From Vitrella brassicaformis CCMP3155 (lineage: Eukaryota; Protista; Chromerida), in the NCBI GenBank assembly GCA_001179505.1, contig CDMY01000027.1, forward strand, positions 1-64,000: DNA of 64,000 nt, given 5' to 3'. Of this stretch, positions 59,667 to 64,000 are shown one piece after another. The first letter of the stretch is position 1. Each line of letters starts with the position of its first letter. Below the pieces are notes generated by a model. That model was not told where the DNA came from and made no database searches. It worked only from the letters and a program-made list of their open reading frames with translations. The translations under genes were made by a program, and so were the position numbers.

Positions 59667-59973
59667 CGACTGCGTGAATGGAGGGATGGATGGATGGATG
59701 GATGAGTCTGGACTCGCTCTGGGTCTGTTCTGTGTTCCTCTTCCTGCTTCCTGCCCGCTACATGCGTTTTCATGCGTGTGTGGATACTCATCTTTCATCC
59801 AACGACTCAAAACATGTCCAACGACTCTCGGCCCACGTGCATGCACCCAGCAAAGATGAGTCAGCTGCCCAGGGTCGTTTTTCGCGTGTTTTTCAAGCTC
59901 GCGCGAGGATCGCTTTTTCGCTCATCAGAAGGCGGCCGCAGCGGAATCAAGATCCAACGATAGATCTGATCTG

Positions 59974-62059
59974 ATGTTGAAGCCGCCGCCCCCTTGCATA
60001 GCCTTCATGTGGCTTCCTGCACTCATCCAAACACTCCTCATCTCTTTATGGCTCACCGGCTTCGCCATGGCGACAGACAGCTACTCGTCGTTCGTGCAGA
60101 CACACACAACGGGGAGATGGCAGTGGGGAGGCCTTCATCGATTGTCGGGGAGGCCAAAGCCGCCTGGTGGGCTCCGTCGCGCGCACAGGGCAGGGCGGGT
60201 GACGATGGAGCAATCAAAAGGTCAGCAGCGGTGCGCAATGCATGCCAGCCAGCTGCATGCACAAACGTGCGATTGCATATCTCTCACTGTCTGTCTGTCT
60301 GTCTGTCTTTTCAGGCGGCCTTCGTCTCTTGGAGTGGACCGGTGGCATTGTATCGCAGGTGAGACCGACACATTCACAGAGCAGCACAATCACAGGCAGG
60401 TGAGAGTGTTTGTATGTCTGTGGCTGCCTGCCTCCCTCAGGGCACGTTGGTCAAGACGGCTCGCTTTGGGTGGCGCGAGGCGTGGCGGATCATGATGAAG
60501 GAGCTGGCGCCACAAAGCGACGAGGGCGACTTCGTGAGGCCCTCGTACGCCTATACAAATACCATCGAATTCGACCCAATACAGCCATACAAATACCACA
60601 TGTATGGACATTCCTCCACACACATACACATGAACATACATCCACATGGATACCTGTGGATGTTTGTCGATCCATTGATTGGTCTGACAGCTATGTGGGC
60701 AATGCGTGTCCATGGTGCCACCGGGTGCTGCTGAGCCTACACATCCGCAACCTGACCGACTACATCGGGTACACCGAGATGATCGACGACCCCGTCAAGG
60801 CATCCCGAGGGGGCTGGGCATTCGACGACACACACAGGGACCCAGTCATCAATGCAAACGATCTCAGAAAGGTCGGGTCGGCGGACAAATGCAATCAATG
60901 CACGCGTGTGTGGTGTGTGTGTTGGGGGTGGGGAAGAGAGAGAGGGAATGCATCCATCGTCAGTCACTGGTCTGTCCGTATGTGTGGTGTGGTGTGGTAG
61001 GTGTATGATGCGTTTGAGCCGGGCTATCGCGGTCGGTGCACGGCTCCCCTGGTGGTCGACAAGTACCGGAAGAAGCTCATCAACAACGAGTCCAGCCAGA
61101 TCATCAGATTCCTCAACAGCTTCGACCCACCGCAACAAACGTTATCGCCATCAGAACACGAGATAGACTTCCATCCCATTTTGTGTGTTATACTTGGATA
61201 GCCGTGGGTGTCTGTCTGTGTGTCAGGCCATCAGTCGACCTGTACCCTCCCTCTCTGCGCGGCACCATCGACGAGCTGAATGACTACTTCTACGAGAAGC
61301 TCAACAACGGCGTCTATCGCTGCGGCTTCGCAACCACACAACAGGTAGGTGCCCTCCCCGCCACCCTTTCCTCTCCCCCACACAAACACACATTCCATTC
61401 CATCCGCTGCATTGCATTTATCCGTTAGGCCTATGACCGAGCAGCGAGAGATGTCGATGAGGCCCTGATGCGTCTTGAGAGCATTCTAGCCGAGAGGAGG
61501 TTCATTGCAGGGCCGGTGGTCAGCGAGACGGACGTGCGGGTGCTGCCCACCATTGCGCGATTCGACGCTGCGTACGGCACTCTGTTCCGGGCGAGCAACA
61601 AGCGGGTCAGGGACCTGCCGAACGTGTCAGCATGGTGAGAGGCTCGCGCGAGCCTCGACAACAAGGAAGGACTGCATGTGTGCGTGGCGTGCTGTGTGTG
61701 TGTCAGGCTGTGTGAGATGTGGGCCTTGCCGGGTGTGCCGGAGACCTTTGATCTGGCGGCTGCTCACGACAGCTACTACCGCAGCCTCTTCCCTCTCAAC
61801 CCAAGTGCCATCATTCCGACTTGTCAGTCAGTCAGTCGAGACAACACACAACGAATGCACACACGCGTGTCCGCATCTTTGTGTCTCTGCTGCAGCCCCG
61901 ACGTTGCAGGAGATCGGCGTCACGGACGAGTCGATTAGGGCGGCACCGATCGCACGAGCGCGGCTGGGCGTGCTGCAGGGCATGAGCATGGAGGGTTCTG
62001 ATGTGGCCCCTGGTGATGTGTTTGCCTACAAGAAGCAGCCTGTCCTTGTCGAGGTGTAG
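59974..62059 (+). CDS. Glutathionyl-hydroquinone reductase / omega-like GST (YqjG/ECM4 family) with an N-terminal targeting leader
   Basis: LYVGNACPWCHRV; YRGRCTAPLVVDK..INNESSQIIRFLN; LYP..IDELNDYFYEKLNNGVYRCGFATTQQAY; DVRVLPTIARFDAAY; SYYRSLFPLNPSAIIP. Phase-consistent exons. Confidence 0.9.
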
Positions 62060-62790
62060 GTCGGTGTGCGTGCGGTGCCTGCCTTTTTGGTCTTGATGTG
62101 ATAGATGTGATGTGTGACGTGACTGAGAGAGATGCTGACTGACTTAAGAGGTGAGGGCACTTGCCGTTGTGCATTTTTTTGTCTTGTCGATGGATGCCTT
62201 TGATGGGGCACGGCAGGGGGGCCTTATTCTGTGTGTTGTCCTGTGGTCTTCTTCGGTTGTCCTGTCTGGTGGGGAGGTGAGAGCTGCAGCCGTCTCTGTG
62301 TGTCGAACGGCGGCAACGCCAACTCCCGACCGCGAAGGACGCACCACAACGAAGGCGACGTGACCACGTGAAGACCGAAAGCAAGAAACCAATGGGATCT
62401 GTGTATCTTGTCAGGGGTCTCAGCGAATGTATTCCGTCGATTGTATCAATCCATAGCATGCTTGATGGCAGCGACGAGTCAAGTGAAGCCAGCGCCACCA
62501 ACCACAATTACGCCTTGTGCGTCCGCATTGCCACACATCTGGACTCAACCTAGTCATGAGACACCGATCGTCCATCGGTTTCTCGCCACGGTCAACAAAG
62601 GCAGGGCGATGCGCAAACAGCGAGACACACAGCCAGCAGGATCCACGCATGCTATGCTCTCTGTACAGACGCTGCACGTTTCCATGTATCAATAAAAGGC
62701 AAAACTCCTGTACATCCACCCCACTTGACAAACAAAACTGTACACATCAAACGCTCCACGCACACATAGGTACACACACCGTCCTCTCGT

Positions 62791-63662
62791 CTATCCGCCC
62801 ATGACGGGCTCGTCGATCGACTCAGCCGGAGCCGCACCCTCATCGTCATCGGGTACCTTGCCGCCCTCTGCTGGTGATGGATCCTCCTCCTCTGCTTCAC
62901 CGCTCGCGTCACCCCCGTCACCATTCGATGATAAGGCGGCCATCTGCTGCTCCTCATGCAGCCACAGACCCTCGCAGAACTTCGCCCATGTCTGCACATA
63001 CACAGACACAAGCCACGAATCTCCTGCGTGTGTCTCTTTGTCTGTCTGTCTGTTTGTCTGTCTGTTGCGTACCAGTCCTCTTGGCGTGTAGATGGAGAGG
63101 ATGCCGATCTCGCTCACGTCAGTGATGTTCCAGTACTCGTTGTCGTAGAAGACTGTCCTCTCTCTGTCCACCCCGCTCTTGCGCACGATCTGGTTGAGGT
63201 GCCGCTGCTTGGAGCCCTGATACATCTCACGAATCGGTGCCACGCTGGCGACGCTCTGCCCACTCGACAGCTGGTACAGCTGCAGGGCGTGCTCAGCCCA
63301 TCGCGGCGTGGTTGTCCGGGACGCAATGGCTATGCGGATCTTGAGATCGACGCAGACATCGAGCACCCGAATGGCGTCGGGACAAAGGCGGAACACGTTG
63401 CCGCGCCTGTCGGTGATGGAGTCGTTGCTTCTCCGCTTGAATGGAGGGCCCTCTGTGTAGTCGATGTCGCCGACCCACAGCGTCTGACACACACAATGGA
63501 CACAGGCCACAGAGATACACATCTGTCTGCGTGCTGCTGTGTATGTGGACCTCGTCTTACATCATCCAAATCGAGGACAATCAGCTCCGGAAGGCAAGAG
63601 AGGCTGCGAATGCCATGCTCGGACCTCTCTTTGTAGACATCCTGATTCCGCATCAGCCGCAT
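62791..63662 (-). CDS. MDP1: Magnesium-dependent phosphatase 1 (MDP-1)-like HAD phosphatase with an acidic tail; start uncertain
   Basis: LIVLDLDD|TLW (DxDxT motif), IAIASRT, YQGSKQRHL, VFYDNEYWNI..GILSIYTPRGL|TW..F.EGL. Confidence 0.85.
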
Positions 63663-64000
63663 CGCAGAAAGCAGGGAAAGGTTCCTAGACCTCGCGACGA
63701 AAAGACAAAGCTCGCAAGGAGTTTAGGGTTTCGGACCGAGGATCGATCCGAAACTCATCCACCATCAATCATCACCTCACACCTACTCCCACGAACGAAG
63801 CAGTTGAGGATGCAGGCAACAACGGTCCCCTGGAGCGTCCCATGCGCCGTCCCTCCCATGCACATGGAGCATGGACACTTCTTCTACATTTCGACAGAGG
63901 GCCATGCAGAAATGGCGATGCAAGTCATGCAGTGAACAACTCAAAGTCCACAACTACATTTCGCAGCCCACCTAGGGAGGGAGATGACAAATGCATCCAG

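Overview
Intron-rich, GC-rich eukaryotic nuclear DNA. Short GT-AG introns full of (GT)n/(CA)n tracts, an ApiAP2 gene and genes with bipartite plastid-type leaders point to a chromerid alveolate, most likely Vitrella brassicaformis (inference, not verified). I spliced gene models by eye, so exon boundaries are approximate. Recognisable genes: an ApiAP2 factor (partial), a degenerate ubiquitin-like (UBL)/proline-rich gene cluster (1.4-11.7 kb), a PPPDE/DeSI peptidase with PUB-STI1-UBA domains, a CCCH zinc finger + IRE1/RNase L-like pseudokinase + truncated KEN-like protein, a large polycystin-1-like GAIN/GPS receptor, an intronless double-HNH endonuclease cassette, an RluA pseudouridine synthase, an ankyrin+MORN protein, two prominin-like paralogs flanking plastid rps9, NAA50, a GHR/omega-like GST and MDP-1 phosphatase. 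There are two 300-N assembly gaps. I found no CRISPR array, rRNA or convincing tRNA. Best leads: the CCCH-pseudokinase-KEN protein, the double-HNH cassette with a structured upstream end, the polycystin-like receptor, and the K48-substituted UBL array lying head-to-head with a deconjugating peptidase.
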